A DNA stretch of 64,000 nucleotides from Octopus sinensis (GCF_006345805.1 NC_043021.1:12028001-12092000), one strand, 5' to 3'. Positions 11,153-23,682 are shown, counted from the stretch's first letter. A program made the numbers and translations. Notes: generated from the letters alone by a model not told the origin.

Positions 11153-11789
11153 CTTCCTTGGAAATGGATGCGTGGCGTTCAATCTTTTTGATGCGACTCT
11201 ATTGTTTCCTCCTCCATCCTTTTCTCTAATTCCCTTTTTCTCCCTCTCACCGTTTTCTGTCTATTTCTCTCTTTCCCCTCTTTCTCTTTTTCTCTCTCAT
11301 TGCTCACACGTGACCACCGTCCATCTTTCTTTTCCTCACGGGATCATCTTTCTTTTCTTTCACGACTGTCCTAAGGACTGGGCGTATTCTACCTCTCTCT
11401 TCTATCTTTTCTCTTTTCGAAGAAAATATTTCTCCAGTGTTTGCTATTTTGCCCTCGTTCTGGTCTAACACACTCCATGTTTATTTCTGTTTGGTTCCCT
11501 TGTATGTCTCCCCTGTCCTATTTTTGTTCCCAGCTTTGACCCTCCATAACTCCAAAATTTTAATTTGGTACTTATGGGAGCAACGGTCTTCGAAGACTCA
11601 TTATTGTTCAATCCTCGAAATGAGGAGTAAATAGACAGCCGACAACTGATGAAGGGTCGTTCTTTGTGTTACTTGTCCTGTTTTCCATTTATTTCTCTCG
11701 TTCTTTGCGTATTGAACTCATTTGTTTTCATATTTCATATTATTTACTATTGATGATATCATGTATCTACAGAGGTTAGACAAAATAAT

Positions 11790-12065
11790 GGAAAAAAGTG
11801 TGACATCGACTTCACTAACTGGGAGGAAACGGCAAAAAACAGACCACTCTGGAAAACCACCATCCATGAGGGAACGGCGACTTTTGAGTCGGAAAGGTTT
11901 GCAGAGCTGAAGGAGAAAAGACGACGACGGAAGGAGCGCCAACAACAACCACGTGCGACTCTCCCTTCTGGCACTAGATGTCCGCACTGCGACCGATCTT
12001 TTCAAGCAAGAATTGGTCTTATCGGTTACCTATGGACTCACCAGTAAATTTGTGCGAAGACCATC
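11790..12065 (+). mobile_element. RTE-clade LINE 3' end (ORF C-terminus with decayed C2H2 finger)
   Basis: Frame from 11793: KKCDIDFTNWEETAKNRPLWKTTIHEGTATFESER...CPHCDRSFQARIGLIGYLWTHQ*, stop 12045-12047. Confidence 0.85.
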
Positions 12066-12074
12066 ATTATATAT

Positions 12075-12362
12075 GTGGAGGCGCAATGGCCTAGTGGTTA
12101 GGGCAGCGGACTCGCGGTCGCAGGATCGCGGTTTCGATTCCTAAACTGGGCATTGTGAGTGTTTATTGAGCGAAAACACCTAAAAGCTCCACGAGGTGGT
12201 GATCCCTGCTGTACTCTTTCACCACTCTTTCTCCCACTCTTTCTTCTGTTGGCCTGCTCGCTTAACCAGCGGGGTGGCATCATTCGAAGGCTAAAACAAC
12301 GCGAACGCATTGTGACCATCGATGTGTAACAACATCTGATGGTCTGGTCGGTCACGTGATCA
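12075..12362 (+). mobile_element. SINE family B (tail type ii)
   Basis: B head joined to ggcctgctcgcttaaccagcgggg...ggtcacgtgat tail. Confidence 0.85.
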
Positions 12363-12419
12363 TGTGATATATATACGTGTATATATATATATAATATATA
12401 TAGTATATATATATATTAT

Positions 12420-12453
<34 letters not shown>

Positions 12454-12479
12454 ATACATCATACATACATACATACTAC

Positions 12480-12529
<50 letters not shown>

Positions 12530-12699
12530 ATCTATATATTATATATATGCACATATATGGCATGTTTGTTTCAGTTTCTGTCTACTAAGTCCATTCACAA
12601 GACTTCTGTGGCAGAAGTTTACCCAAGGTGCCACACAAAACCATGTGGTTAGGAAGAAGAGGGGTTTGGAGTTTGAGTTTGTCTGCATCGTGTTACGTG

Positions 12700-13529
12700 T
12701 ATGACTTCCTGTTATTCTGTGCCTCCCCACCAACCCTGCTGTGCCAGAGTTTTATATAGCTACATAGATAGATACAGATATAGATTTACATGCACGTATA
12801 CACACAGATACATCACACACACAACCACACGCATACACAAACACACAGAAGCACACACATATATGTATACATATGTGTGTGTGTGTGTGTGTGTATATAT
12901 AAATAGATAGATACACACACACACTATATATGTATGTATATGCAGTATATTCTTGCACAAACCCACAGACATACACATACACACACACAAACATGCTCAC
13001 ACACACATGCACATACATACACATCTACACACATGCACAAACTCACACACTCAGAAAAGGACACACATATATGTATACATATATGTGTGTGTATATACAG
13101 ATAGATACACACACACAAACACTATATATATATATATATATGTATGTATATGCAGTATATTCGTACACACACACACACAACATACACACACACACACAAA
13201 CAGATAGATAAATAGATAGATACACAACACACCTACACACACACACATATCTACACACATATGCATGCGTGCGCACACACACACACACACACACATATAT
13301 GTATACATATATGTGTGTGTGTGTGTGTATAAACAGATAGATACACACACACAGACTTATACATACACACACACATGCTCACACACAAACAGATAGATAA
13401 ATAGATAGATACACAACACACCTACACACACACTCATGCACACACACACACACATGCACATACAGACACATCTACACACATATGCATGTGCGCGCGTGCA
13501 AAAACACAATCTCACACACACACACACAC

Positions 13530-13571
<42 letters not shown>

Positions 13572-13779
13572 ATATATGCAGTATATTCTTGCACACACAC
13601 ACACAGACTTATACACACACACACACACATGCTCACACACAACAGATAGATAAATAGATAGATAACAAACACACCTACAACACCACTCATGTGCACACAC
13701 ACACACACATGCACATGCACACACATCTATACACATATGCATGTGCGCGCGTGCAAACACACAATCTCACACACACAAT

Positions 13780-13838
<59 letters not shown>

Positions 13839-13850
13839 ACACTTTCTTCT
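12700..13850. repeat. Compound (CA)n/(TA)n/(GATA)n microsatellite with repeated higher-order blocks
   Basis: Recurrent blocks gcagtatattc, gatagataaatagatagata, acacaatctcacac. Confidence 0.85.
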
Positions 13851-13905
13851 GCCTAATATTTAATGGTATATGCATACAGTAATACTTTTATGTTCAAACC
13901 TTTAC

Positions 13906-13950
13906 CAAGAAGAAGAAGAAAATGGAAAATGAACCGAGATATAAATAGTC
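13906..13950 (-). other. Candidate 45-nt exon of unrecognised gene
   Basis: Polypyrimidine tract plus ctaaag acceptor, ttg|gtaaag donor; frame 0 DYLYLGSFSIFFFFL. Confidence 0.3.
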
Positions 13951-14154
13951 CTTTAGAAAAGAAAGAAAAAGAAAGGAACGAAAAGCACAAAAATCCTTTA
14001 TATTATCAATATAAATTATATGACCATGTTTCTGATATGAGTGTATAGATTATTGGTACAGATCAATGAATTCTATGAGTTTCTATGCTCTATGGTCCAC
14101 GTGTGAAAAAAGAAGTTGTTATGATGTGCAAATTTTTTTTTTGTTGCAGCTAAT

Positions 14155-14188
14155 ACATATAAATATATATACATAAAATATATATATA

Positions 14189-14240
<52 letters not shown>

Positions 14241-14306
14241 CTATATATATATATATATTTACATATATATATATTTGATATATATATATATATATATTAT
14301 ATTCCA

Positions 14307-14371
<65 letters not shown>

Positions 14372-14460
14372 TTACGCATATATATATAATATATATATAT
14401 ATATGTATATACATATATGTATAATATATATATATATATATATACATACACACACACACA
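14155..14460. repeat. (TA)n microsatellite
   Basis: Direct reading. Confidence 0.95.
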
Positions 14461-14634
14461 CATGTGTTTGTCTAGCCCTCTATTTGGCTGCACTTTGGTA
14501 CATATAAACTTAAAAGTACAAGCTTGTATTTCATTCTTTATATCGTAAAAATTAAATTATATATCTACATGTATCTATGCATGTGTGTATGGACATACAT
14601 ATGTATGTTTGCATGCAATATATATATATATATC

Positions 14635-14965
14635 CTCATCATCATCATCGTTTAATCTCCGTTTACCATGCTGGCATGGATTGGACGGTTTGACCGACCG
14701 GGGTCTGGGAAGCCAGGAGGCTGCACTAGGCTCCAGTCTGATCTGGCAGTGTTTCTACACCTGGATGCCCTTCCTAACGCCAACCACTCCGAGAGTGTAG
14801 TGGGCGCTTTTTATGTGCCACTGGCACAAAGGGCCCAAGGAGCTGGCATCGACCATGATCGGATGGTGCTTTTTTCATGCCGGCAGCATGGAACCCAGTC
14901 AAGGCAGCACTGGCATTGGCCACGTTCGGATGGTGCTTTTACATGCTACCACCACGGGGCACACA
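14635..14965 (+). mobile_element. Family D repeat with internal modular repeats
   Basis: (cat)n head, ggatgcccttcctaacgccaaccactcc core, repeated ggtgctttt..tgcc..ggca modules. Confidence 0.8.
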
Positions 14966-15028
14966 ACTACAATTTCCATTTGATTACACATATATATGTA
15001 TGTATTCACATATATACATACACACATG

Positions 15029-15065
<37 letters not shown>

Positions 15066-15359
15066 TAATATTAGGGTAATAAAGGTTTTAGTATTTTAAC
15101 TACCTGTAGCCTAGTGTGTAGAAAAATTAGTCAATAGACTATATATTATTCATATATATACAGTGTCCATTTAAACACATGAGTGGTATCCACCATAGGA
15201 TTTCTTTCACACTAGAAGGAACAGCTAAAGTTTGAACATTAGCTGTTCTTTCTAGCGTGAAAGGAATCCTATGATGGATACCTCTTACGTGTTTAAATGT
15301 ACACTGTATGTGTGTATATATATATATAGACTTACATATACATACATATATATATATAT

Positions 15360-15525
15360 AACGGGAAGGTTTACGAAAATAAACAAAAGACGAAGGCAGG
15401 TGGAGTACAAACAAGCAAATGTATTAGTATGGCGCTCAGGAATAGAAAAAGAACAAGTCTTTTACGTTTCGAGCCTATGCTCTTCGACAGAAAGATACAC
15501 AGAAAAGAAACAAGGAGAGAAAAAA
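15360..15525 (-). mobile_element. Family F element with hammerhead-like motif
   Basis: Minus strand TCTTT-CTGTCGA-A-GAGC-ATAG-GCTC-GAAA-CG-TA-AAAGA at 15458-15495. Confidence 0.65.
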
Positions 15526-16414
15526 ATGCATGTAGGAGTTAACGGTCCATCATGGCGTATATATATATGTATATAATGTGTGTATGTGCATATATATATA
15601 TATATATATTTATACATACATACATACATACATTCATACATACATACATACATACGTATGAATGTATGTATACAAATTTGTGGGTGAATGTACAAAACAA
15701 AGTATCACTCAGTGCATTCCAGTTGGCATTGTAAATGTGTGTGCATGTGTGTGTCTGTGATATGCTTATTTTTATAGCATGTGATATATCAGTAACATTT
15801 AATACTGTTGGCATTTTTTTCTTTTTTTTATATATTTCAAAATAGTAGACTGTTAATTAATTAGAGTTGTTAGGATGAAACTGATACCCTTTTTGTACAA
15901 TCAGTGCCTGAAACATACTCGAGAATAGGGCAAATTTCTAAGGCACCAAATTGCAAGATACAGCTGAGATCCCTAATTTTATAGCACAATTAGACGCACC
16001 AACATATCCAGACATATGCTGTGTCCCTAAAAACTGTAGCTAAAGGAGTGAAATGGTGACATATTTAAAATTAATTTTATAAATATTCTACAAAATATGT
16101 CCAATTCCTACCACAGCAAAATATATGCTGGCCATTGTTATTTGTTATATATTTGTATATATATATTTGTGGCTTTTGAGTTGTTCTAACTATTATTTTT
16201 AGCAAAAGTGGTGCTGCTCTGTACACTGTCACTTTTGTGACTACTATTAATTTTGCTTTTAGGTTCTAATTGCTAATAAGCCACCCTTTTAATTTGTTAT
16301 ATATATATGTATATATATATATATATATAAAATATATGTATTATATATATATGTGTGTGCATATATATATATATATATAAGATTTTTTTGCGTAATGAGC
16401 AACAGTTTTCTACT

Positions 16415-16635
16415 ATATATTTCTTTCCTACCCACAAGGGGCTAAACACTGAGAGGACAGACAAACGGGTTAAGTCGATTACATCGACCCCAGTGCGTAA
16501 CTGGTACTTAATTTATCAGCCCCGAAAGGATGGAAGGCAAAGTCGACCTCGGCGGAATTTGAACCCAGAATGTAACGGCAGACGAAATACAGCTACACAT
16601 TTTGCCTGGCGTGCTAACGTTTCTGCCAGCTCGCC
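16415..16635 (-). mobile_element. SINE family C monomer
   Basis: Reverse complement of ggcgagctggcagaaacgttagc...gactttgccttccatcctttcgggg. Confidence 0.85.
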
Positions 16636-17261
16636 ACCTAGTTTTCTACTATAGACCAGCAGCAACCAATGAGTTGAGTGTGAATTTGGTCAATCGAAAC
16701 TGTGTGGAGTCCCAACACACACACACACATGTACGTATTATATATGTGTGTGTGTATGTGAATGTCTTAGTTCCTCCACTGCTTGACAACTACTCTCGAT
16801 TCCTTTTCTTTTTTTTTTTTTTTTCCTGCTTTTACATTTCAGACCAAAGACTGGCTAAGTGGGGGCACCACTTATGTTCCTGTAACTTAGCGTTTCAGTG
16901 AAAAGAGACTGATAAAATAAGTAACCCAGGTTAGAATAAGAAATAGGCTCTTCTTAGTTGGTCTTAACTGTTTTGGTCTTAATTTTTGCCAGCCTTTTCT
17001 AACTTCTGTTTACACACTATGGTCACAAGATAGTGGGTGGTGCTACTGGTATACGGTTCCCAGATTTCTGGTTGTTGGTTCCTAGTTTCTAGATTGTGAT
17101 CTTTAGCTATCATCAGACTATGCTAAGTGTATTTCTAGAACCTGTTGCAGCTTCTTCCTTTCATGTTTTAACTCCTCTGGAGATAAAGTCATTATCTGGC
17201 ACTTCATTTAGCCGTGTATACTGCCTGGGGTCTCTGTCCTGCACCACTAGTCTAAAATAGG

Positions 17262-17465
17262 ATCTTTTCACTTTGACCGGCAGATCTAAAAATTAATTTT
17301 TTTGTAACTAAACACTTTTAAACTTCGTATACTGGTAGAATGTGTCACATAAAACATCTTTTTCTCTTGGCGTTCTTGAGAAAATTCTGTAGTTTGTAAG
17401 TTATTTGTTGTTAAATTTCTTGCATTTCGGCAATTTCAACCAATCAATGACGTTTATTGAGGTGA
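17262..17465 (+). mobile_element. Partial GG-ended MITE (same family as 18684 and 31854)
   Basis: Shared body aaacttcgtatactggtagaatgtg...caaccaatcaatgacgt. Confidence 0.75.
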
Positions 17466-17734
17466 ATACAATTACTGCTGTTCAGCTCCAGAAGAGCCTG
17501 TTCAGCAAAGGTCATCAGGTCTTCCAGGTTGACACAAACTCAACTATTGTGAGTCAACTTGGCCCTCACCTCCTGCCAGTATTTTGCCCCAAAGCTGACA
17601 GCAACAAATAAATGAAATCACCTTCAGTATCATTACCTCTTGGTGTAATTCTTGCATTCTGTCTTGTCATATATTGTCGCTTGATGCACAAACAGTTTGC
17701 AGGAAAGTGGTTGACTGACTGACTAATGGGATTG

Positions 17735-17880
17735 CAGCTAGAAAGTTACCCTCCCAGGCACAAGTCCAGGCAAGGTTGTTTATGGAAGACCAGCAGTCGC
17801 CCACGCATACCAGCCTCTTCTCTCCACACCACCGATGTTACCCAAGGGAAAGGCAAAAGCACCAGTGACGTCACAGCTCA
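17735..17880 (-). mobile_element. Family G SINE 3' module
   Basis: Reverse complement of 1010-1160. Confidence 0.6.
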
Positions 17881-18228
17881 TTTATTAACATGCAAGTGGC
17901 CGAGCACTCCACAGATACGTGTGATTTTTTTATTTCCCACAAGGGGACAACATAGATAAGGGACAATACAATCTGATTGGGGTCAGATGGACGGATGGAT
18001 ATAACATAAAGATGACATTAAAAATTCACAAGGGCAGACCAGAAGACATTACGGATGGAGTGGGGAGGCGAGTTCAATTCGGACCCCATTAGCCCTGCCT
18101 CGCCACTGATACCTGAGATACGTCCTGCATCGCATTCATGAGGTTACATTCACTCACAACATCCGTGCTACATTCTCCCATCGATTTTCAAACATTTTCA
18201 CAGTCAGGCATTTTCTTTCCAGCCCTAT

Positions 18229-18508
18229 ACGTGTACCCTCAACGTAGTTCTTGGGGAGATTCAACGAGACACAGAGTGTGACAAGGCTGGCCCTTTGAAA
18301 TACAGGTACAACAGAAACAGGAAGAAAGTGGGAGAGAAAGTTGTGGTGAAAGAGTACAGCAGGGTTCACCACCATCCCCTGTCGGAGCCCCGTGGAGCTT
18401 TGGGTGTTTTTGCTCAATAAACACTCACAACGCCCGGTCTGGGAATCGAAACTGCGATCCTACGACCATGAGTCCACTGCCCTAACCACTGTGCCATTGC
18501 GCCTCCAC
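18229..18508 (-). mobile_element. SINE family B (tail i, partial)
   Basis: Reverse complement of B consensus. Confidence 0.85.
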
Positions 18509-18683
18509 ACTGACTAAGTATATATCCTAAATTATGCCATCTGAGCATCTTCACTATTACCTCAACCATTAACACCACTCTTAGCCTTCTCCAGTGACGT
18601 ATCAAGAGAATGTATCGCCTGGGACAGTCCCTGAATACAAGCCTCAAGTCCTCGAGCCCATACAGGCTTATACACCAAGGTCC

Positions 18684-19116
18684 GGATCTTTTCGGTTTGG
18701 ACGGCAGTTTTTAACATAATTTCTGGGTAACTAAAAAATGTTAAACTTCATATACTGTTAGAATGTGTTTATAAAACATCCTTTTCTCTTGGATTTATTG
18801 AGAAAATTCTATAGTTTGTAAGATATTTGTTGTTTTTTCTTCAATTTCTGCAATTTCAACCAATCAATGACGTCCATTGAGGTAAAAAAAAAACATTCTG
18901 TGCCGTATGAATATGTCCCTCGTTTAAGAAACAGATTGGGTTTATTTACATTTCTGAAGAAAAAAGATACCCTTCCCCTCCCCCTAACTAACCCTAACTC
19001 TAACCCTAACCCTAAAACAGATTGAAATGCAATAGATCGATACTAGGGTCATAATTATGGGTGACAATTTCATATGACACCGCTAGAAAAAACTGCCGTT
19101 CAAACCGAAAAGATGC
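18684..19116. mobile_element. Merlin-like (or MULE-like) MITE
   Basis: TIR ggatcttttcggtttg.acggcagtttt; perfect 9-bp TSD ccaaggtcc (18675-18683, 19117-19125). Confidence 0.85.
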
Positions 19117-20918
19117 CCAAGGTCCTGCCCCTTATAGAAGCTTCGCACGGGGTGGACCGCCTCTTCACACACTCCCTAGCTACGTTACTGGATTTCTATT
19201 CATTATTATACTCTCCCTGGTCCTTATTTCGATTATGATCATCATCACCATGACAACGAGCTAGAAATTATATAAAAAACGAGATAGTCACGACTGGAAC
19301 GCGTTTGATCATTGATCTTCAACAACAGAAATCATCAAATAAAGAAGCAACGCTATTTTTTTCCCCAAATTATAAACAAATCCTCCACCTCCTCCCTCCC
19401 TCTCCCTCTCGCAGCTACTCGGAGGATCTCTTCTGCAGCGAATTAAGTAACTGAGCAACGTTATTGTAAACAACTCTTTAAAAATGAAAAAAAATGAATT
19501 TCTTATATAACGAGTTTTTTTTCGTTTTCATACCCAAAGAATAAAATGTATTAACTGTTCATTTTTAATTTTAACTTTTCCTTATTCTTGTCAATTTCTT
19601 TCCTGCTTTCATAAAACTGAGTGATGCAAACACAGTCTGTGAGATAAATCTTACATAAAGCTGGCTAAAAATGACAAAATCCCACAACCAGAAAAGAATG
19701 AATTGTTCATCTAATCTCATGCTGGAGTTTGTCTCTTTCTTTCTCTTTCCCCCCTTTCTTGTTTTTTTACTTTCTTTTTTTCTTTTGTTTGGGATTCTCT
19801 CTGCCTCTTCTCTCAAACACTAAACATAACGGCATTTTACATGCTCATTTTTCGAGAAGCGCCAACACAAACTGGAAAGCTTCGTCTAAGTACCCAACTT
19901 TCGTAAACACACACGCAAAAAAACAAAAAAAAAAAAAACAAAGGCGACTTATTTAATCCTATATAATAATAGTTAGTCATGCCTTGTTGTCGTAAGGACA
20001 AAAAAGCTGACAAGGAAGACGAGCCCGTAAGACATAAGTATATGTTTATTTCTCCATTTTCAACTCTCCATCACGATCACTATCGCTCTCTCGTCACTAG
20101 AGAGATGTGTGTGTGTGTGTATGTGTGTGTGTGTGTGTATGTGTGAGTGTATAATATCTGTTATGTATGTATATTCAGGGCATGAACCATGACTCGCTGT
20201 CCCCAACTTTGGTTGCGAGAGAGGATGGTGTGCCTTAACTCAGAAGGTGTAAAAGCTCGGAGCTAAAACTTAAAAAATTACAATTCTTTTGTTTAATCTT
20301 TATTTTAAATCCACACGTTCTTTTAAAAGTATTGAGCCTTTTCATTTACTGGATCCCTTTTGATTTCAAAAGCCATAAAATTAAACCGAGTTTATCTGAA
20401 TCTACTGTGGCCCTCAAAGTTCTGAGGCTTCTTCAAACTGTTTCGGTCTTTAGCTTTAATGGGGCCCTTTTTATCTTAGATTTTGAATCAGTAAAATCCA
20501 GGGTACCCGCAAAACCTATTAGTCGTGAGGACCTCTACTAGGTCTAAACCCGGTCCTATGTATGTCGATGGGTCTTTTCATTTGCTAACTCTGCAAGAAG
20601 GGCCAGAACACATCGCCCTCATAGCTCCTCAAAGACTCCTGAGATCGATACTATTAATGTCCCTCAGACTTTTCTAAATTAATATCTGCTGGGTGTTGAT
20701 TTGGAGGACAGATATTTTTGGAAGAAAGAACTGGACATATCGATTAATGCAGGCGTAGTCGATGTTGGGACAAGCAAGTTTGGTGAGAAGAGGAAAGTTG
20801 AATCGGAAAAACTTGAGATGAGACAACATGAGCCCGGCCAGCTCGAAGGAGCAGGGGCTATTGTAATAACGGTAGATAAGGCACAGCAAAAGAGAGATAG
20901 AGGACACGGCACATTTGT

Positions 20919-21065
20919 CAGGCACAGTCCCAGAAATTTTTAGACGAGAGGACACAAAGTCAAAAGGGAATACAATTCCAGGAGAAAAGGGCGCACTTTT
21001 TTTCTTGAGGCGGGGGGGGGGGGCGTGCCCCTCAGTCCCTCTGCCCCACCCCGGATCCGTCACTG
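20919..21065. mobile_element. Family E MITE
   Basis: Homologous to 24697, 25107 and 26246 copies (gtcaaaagggaatacaattccaggagaaaagggcg). Confidence 0.75.
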
Positions 21066-21197
21066 TCTGTGTGTTGAAATCAAAACAATTACAGCAGGGA
21101 AAATACAAATTAGCCATTGAAAAACGCACTGAAATTAACTTCATTAAAACATTTAAATGTCAAAACACCTTGATTCAAATGAATCCGACAAATAAAA

Positions 21198-21560
21198 CCA
21201 GGGTGTTGGCCTCTTCAAAGATACAAGGGCCAACTCAAAACAACATTGAAAGCCACTGGGCTTGAGCCAAAATCGTCTGAAATAACAAGTCGGAGACTGT
21301 ATCAAGTGGGTGGTCTTCCATTACCATCGGAATCAAAAACTTCAAAGCCACCAGAAGGGAAAAGGATGAAATCAAACAACAGAAGAGAAAGGTTGCAAAA
21401 CCAACCCCGTCTTCTACCAACATTACCATGCAGTCAATGCCATCGATTTTTCTATGCAAGAATTGGTCTACAGAATCATCAACGGCATCGCCATAAAGGA
21501 AGCATTCAGCAAAGAAGAAACTAAATTCTCGGACACGAGGTAAAGCCGACAACGATATAT
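21198..21560 (+). mobile_element. RTE-clade LINE 3' end with C2H2 finger
   Basis: LQRYKGQLKTTLKATG...CSQCHRFFYARIGLQNHQRHRH; tail ctcggacacgaggtaaagccgacaacgat. Confidence 0.8.
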
Positions 21561-21614
21561 ATTTAGAATGGTTTCAAATTCTACCACAAGGGCACCCATT
21601 TGGAGGTGGGGAAT

Positions 21615-22070
21615 GAGTCGATTATATTGACCCTAGTGTTTCACTGTTACTTAATTTATCAACCCCGTAAGGATGAAAGGCAAATTCGACCCCGGCAGAA
21701 TTTGAACTCAGAACGTAGCGGCAGACGAAATACCGCTAAGCATTTCGTCCAGCATGCTAACGATTCTTATTTCTTTATTGCCCACAAGATAAAAGGGACA
21801 AACAAGGACAGACAAACAGATTAAGTCGATTACATCGACCCCAGTGCATAACTGGTACTTTATTTATCGACCCCGAAAGACGAAAGGCAAATTCGACCTC
21901 GGCTGAATTTGAACTCAGAACGTAACAACAGACGAAATACCTATTTTTTTACTAGCCACAAGGGGCTAAACACAGAGAGGGCAAACAAGGACAGATAAAG
22001 GGATTAAGTCGATTAGATCGCTCCCAGTGTGTAACCGGTTCTTAATTTGTCGACCCCGAAAGGACGAAAG
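21615..22070 (-). mobile_element. SINE family C multimer (about three bodies)
   Basis: Repeated aaaggcaaattcgacc...gaatttgaactcagaacg units. Confidence 0.85.
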
Positions 22071-22439
22071 GCAAGTACTGAAGCAGAAATATCGTTATAG
22101 CAAATATTCTGCTCAATACCACGGATTTGCTTATCAGTTGCTTGACCTAAACCACTTAAGCATGTCCTTTGGTGGCTGATAATATGTGCATCTCTGGCCG
22201 TGAGCAGGAGTAGTGGAGGAGCCTCTTAGCTATGTTTTGAAAGCGATTCTTTGGGGGTTCGAATAGATACTGTAACAAAAGCAATGTTTGAAGGAAACAT
22301 TAACCATTTTTCGTACTTTCTATGGTTAAGCCAATAGGAAATAACAGTTGCTACCCAAGGACAAATATCGTGTTAAACAGTGTTATTTGGTGTCAAAATT
22401 TTTGTCACACCAACTGATACGATTCTAGTGAACAGAAAT

Positions 22440-22680
22440 GAGCGAGCAGGCAGAATCGTTAGCGCGCCGGGCGAAATGCTTAGCGGTATTTTGTCTGCAG
22501 TTACGTTCTGAGTTCAAATTCCGCCGAGGTCGACTTTGCCTTTCATCCTTTCGGGGTCGATAAATTAAGTACCAGTTACGCACTGGGGTTCGATCTAATC
22601 GACTTAATCCCTTTGTCTGTCCTTGTTTGTCCCCTCTATGTTTAGCCCCTTGTGGGCAATAAAGAAATAAGAAATAAGCC
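22440..22680 (+). mobile_element. SINE family C monomer
   Basis: Head gcaggcagaatcgttagcgcgccgggcgaaatgc plus body. Confidence 0.85.
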
Positions 22681-22994
22681 TTTCTATAGGCACAAGGAGA
22701 AGTTTTTGGAGAGGGAATGTACCAATGGTTGACGGGTACTTAATTTACCGATCCCAAAAGGATGGATGGCAAGCAAAGTCAATCTCGGCGAAATTTGAAC
22801 CCAAAACATAAAGATAAATCAAAGGCTGCTAGGCATTTGGCCCAGAGTGCTAATGATTCTGTCCACACGCCATCTTAAAAAAACGACCAAAGGCCCTTCC
22901 TTAGCTCTAAGATTGGTTCCCCAGAATCTATACTGTGTATACTCACCCCCACCCCATTTACTGGACAGGACGCCATTCTATTGAAGGATTACTC

Positions 22995-23360
22995 TTTTTT
23001 ACTGTTTCAGTCATTTAACTGCGGCCATGCTAGAGCACTGCCTTGAAGGGTTTTAGTCATACAAATCGACCCCAAGACTGATACTTATTCTATCAGTTTC
23101 TTTTGCCAAACTGCTAAGTTACAGGAACATAAATAAACCAACATCGGCTGTCAAACGGTAAGGGTGCAGGGACAAACACAGACGCAGAGACACCACACAT
23201 AGACACACACACACACACATAAATGTAACAGGCTTCTTTCAGTTTCTGTCTACTAAATCTACTCACAAAGCTTTAGTCGGCCCGAAGCTATAGTAGAAGA
23301 CACCGGCCAAAGGTGCCACACAGTGGTATTGAACCCGGAACCATGTGGTCAAGAAGCAAA
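22995..23360 (-). mobile_element. SINE family A
   Basis: Reverse-complement match. Confidence 0.8.
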
Positions 23361-23494
23361 CTTCTTATCACATAGCCACGCTGATTGAACTGAAACAACG
23401 TGAAATGAAGTGTTTTGCTCAAGAACCCAATGCATTGCCCTGGTCCAGGAATTGAAACCACAATCTTATGATGAGAAGTGGAACCACCTAACTG

Positions 23495-23682
23495 GGTGCT
23501 GTTGCCACGTATAAAGCACCCTGCACACTCTGTGGCGTGGTTGGCATCCAGGAAGGGCATCCAGCCATAGAAGCAAAAGCAAGACAATGAAACCTGGTGT
23601 GGGCCCCTGGCCTTGACAGTTCCCCTCAAGCCGTCCAGCTCATTCCAGCATGGAAAACGGATGTTAAATGTTGATGATGATA
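23495..23682 (-). mobile_element. Family D repeat, diverged
   Basis: ggttggcatccaggaagggcatccagcc and (gat)n end. Confidence 0.65.

Noticed and set aside
11640-11700. CTGATGA motifs at 11646, 35616, 4089 (minus) and 17515 (minus)
   Set aside because: None is followed by a stem II plus GAAA.
3238-16654. Numerous ORF-track ORFs rich in YI/HT/CV runs
   Set aside because: They are translations of (TA)n/(CA)n microsatellites and SINE bodies; the same pseudo-peptides recur at every SINE copy.
19061-19264. ORF with a hydrophobic C-terminal stretch
   Set aside because: Its start codon lies inside a MITE and the hydrophobicity is explained by AT-rich low-complexity sequence.
19290-19345. Minus-strand hammerhead-like ttgttga-agatc-aat-gatc-aaacgcgt
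   Set aside because: G12 is missing and the core and stem I are degenerate; it cannot be separated from chance.
20280-20910. Unique-looking segment with overlapping ORFs on both strands
   Set aside because: No domain recognised, and the long ORFs run through a MITE.
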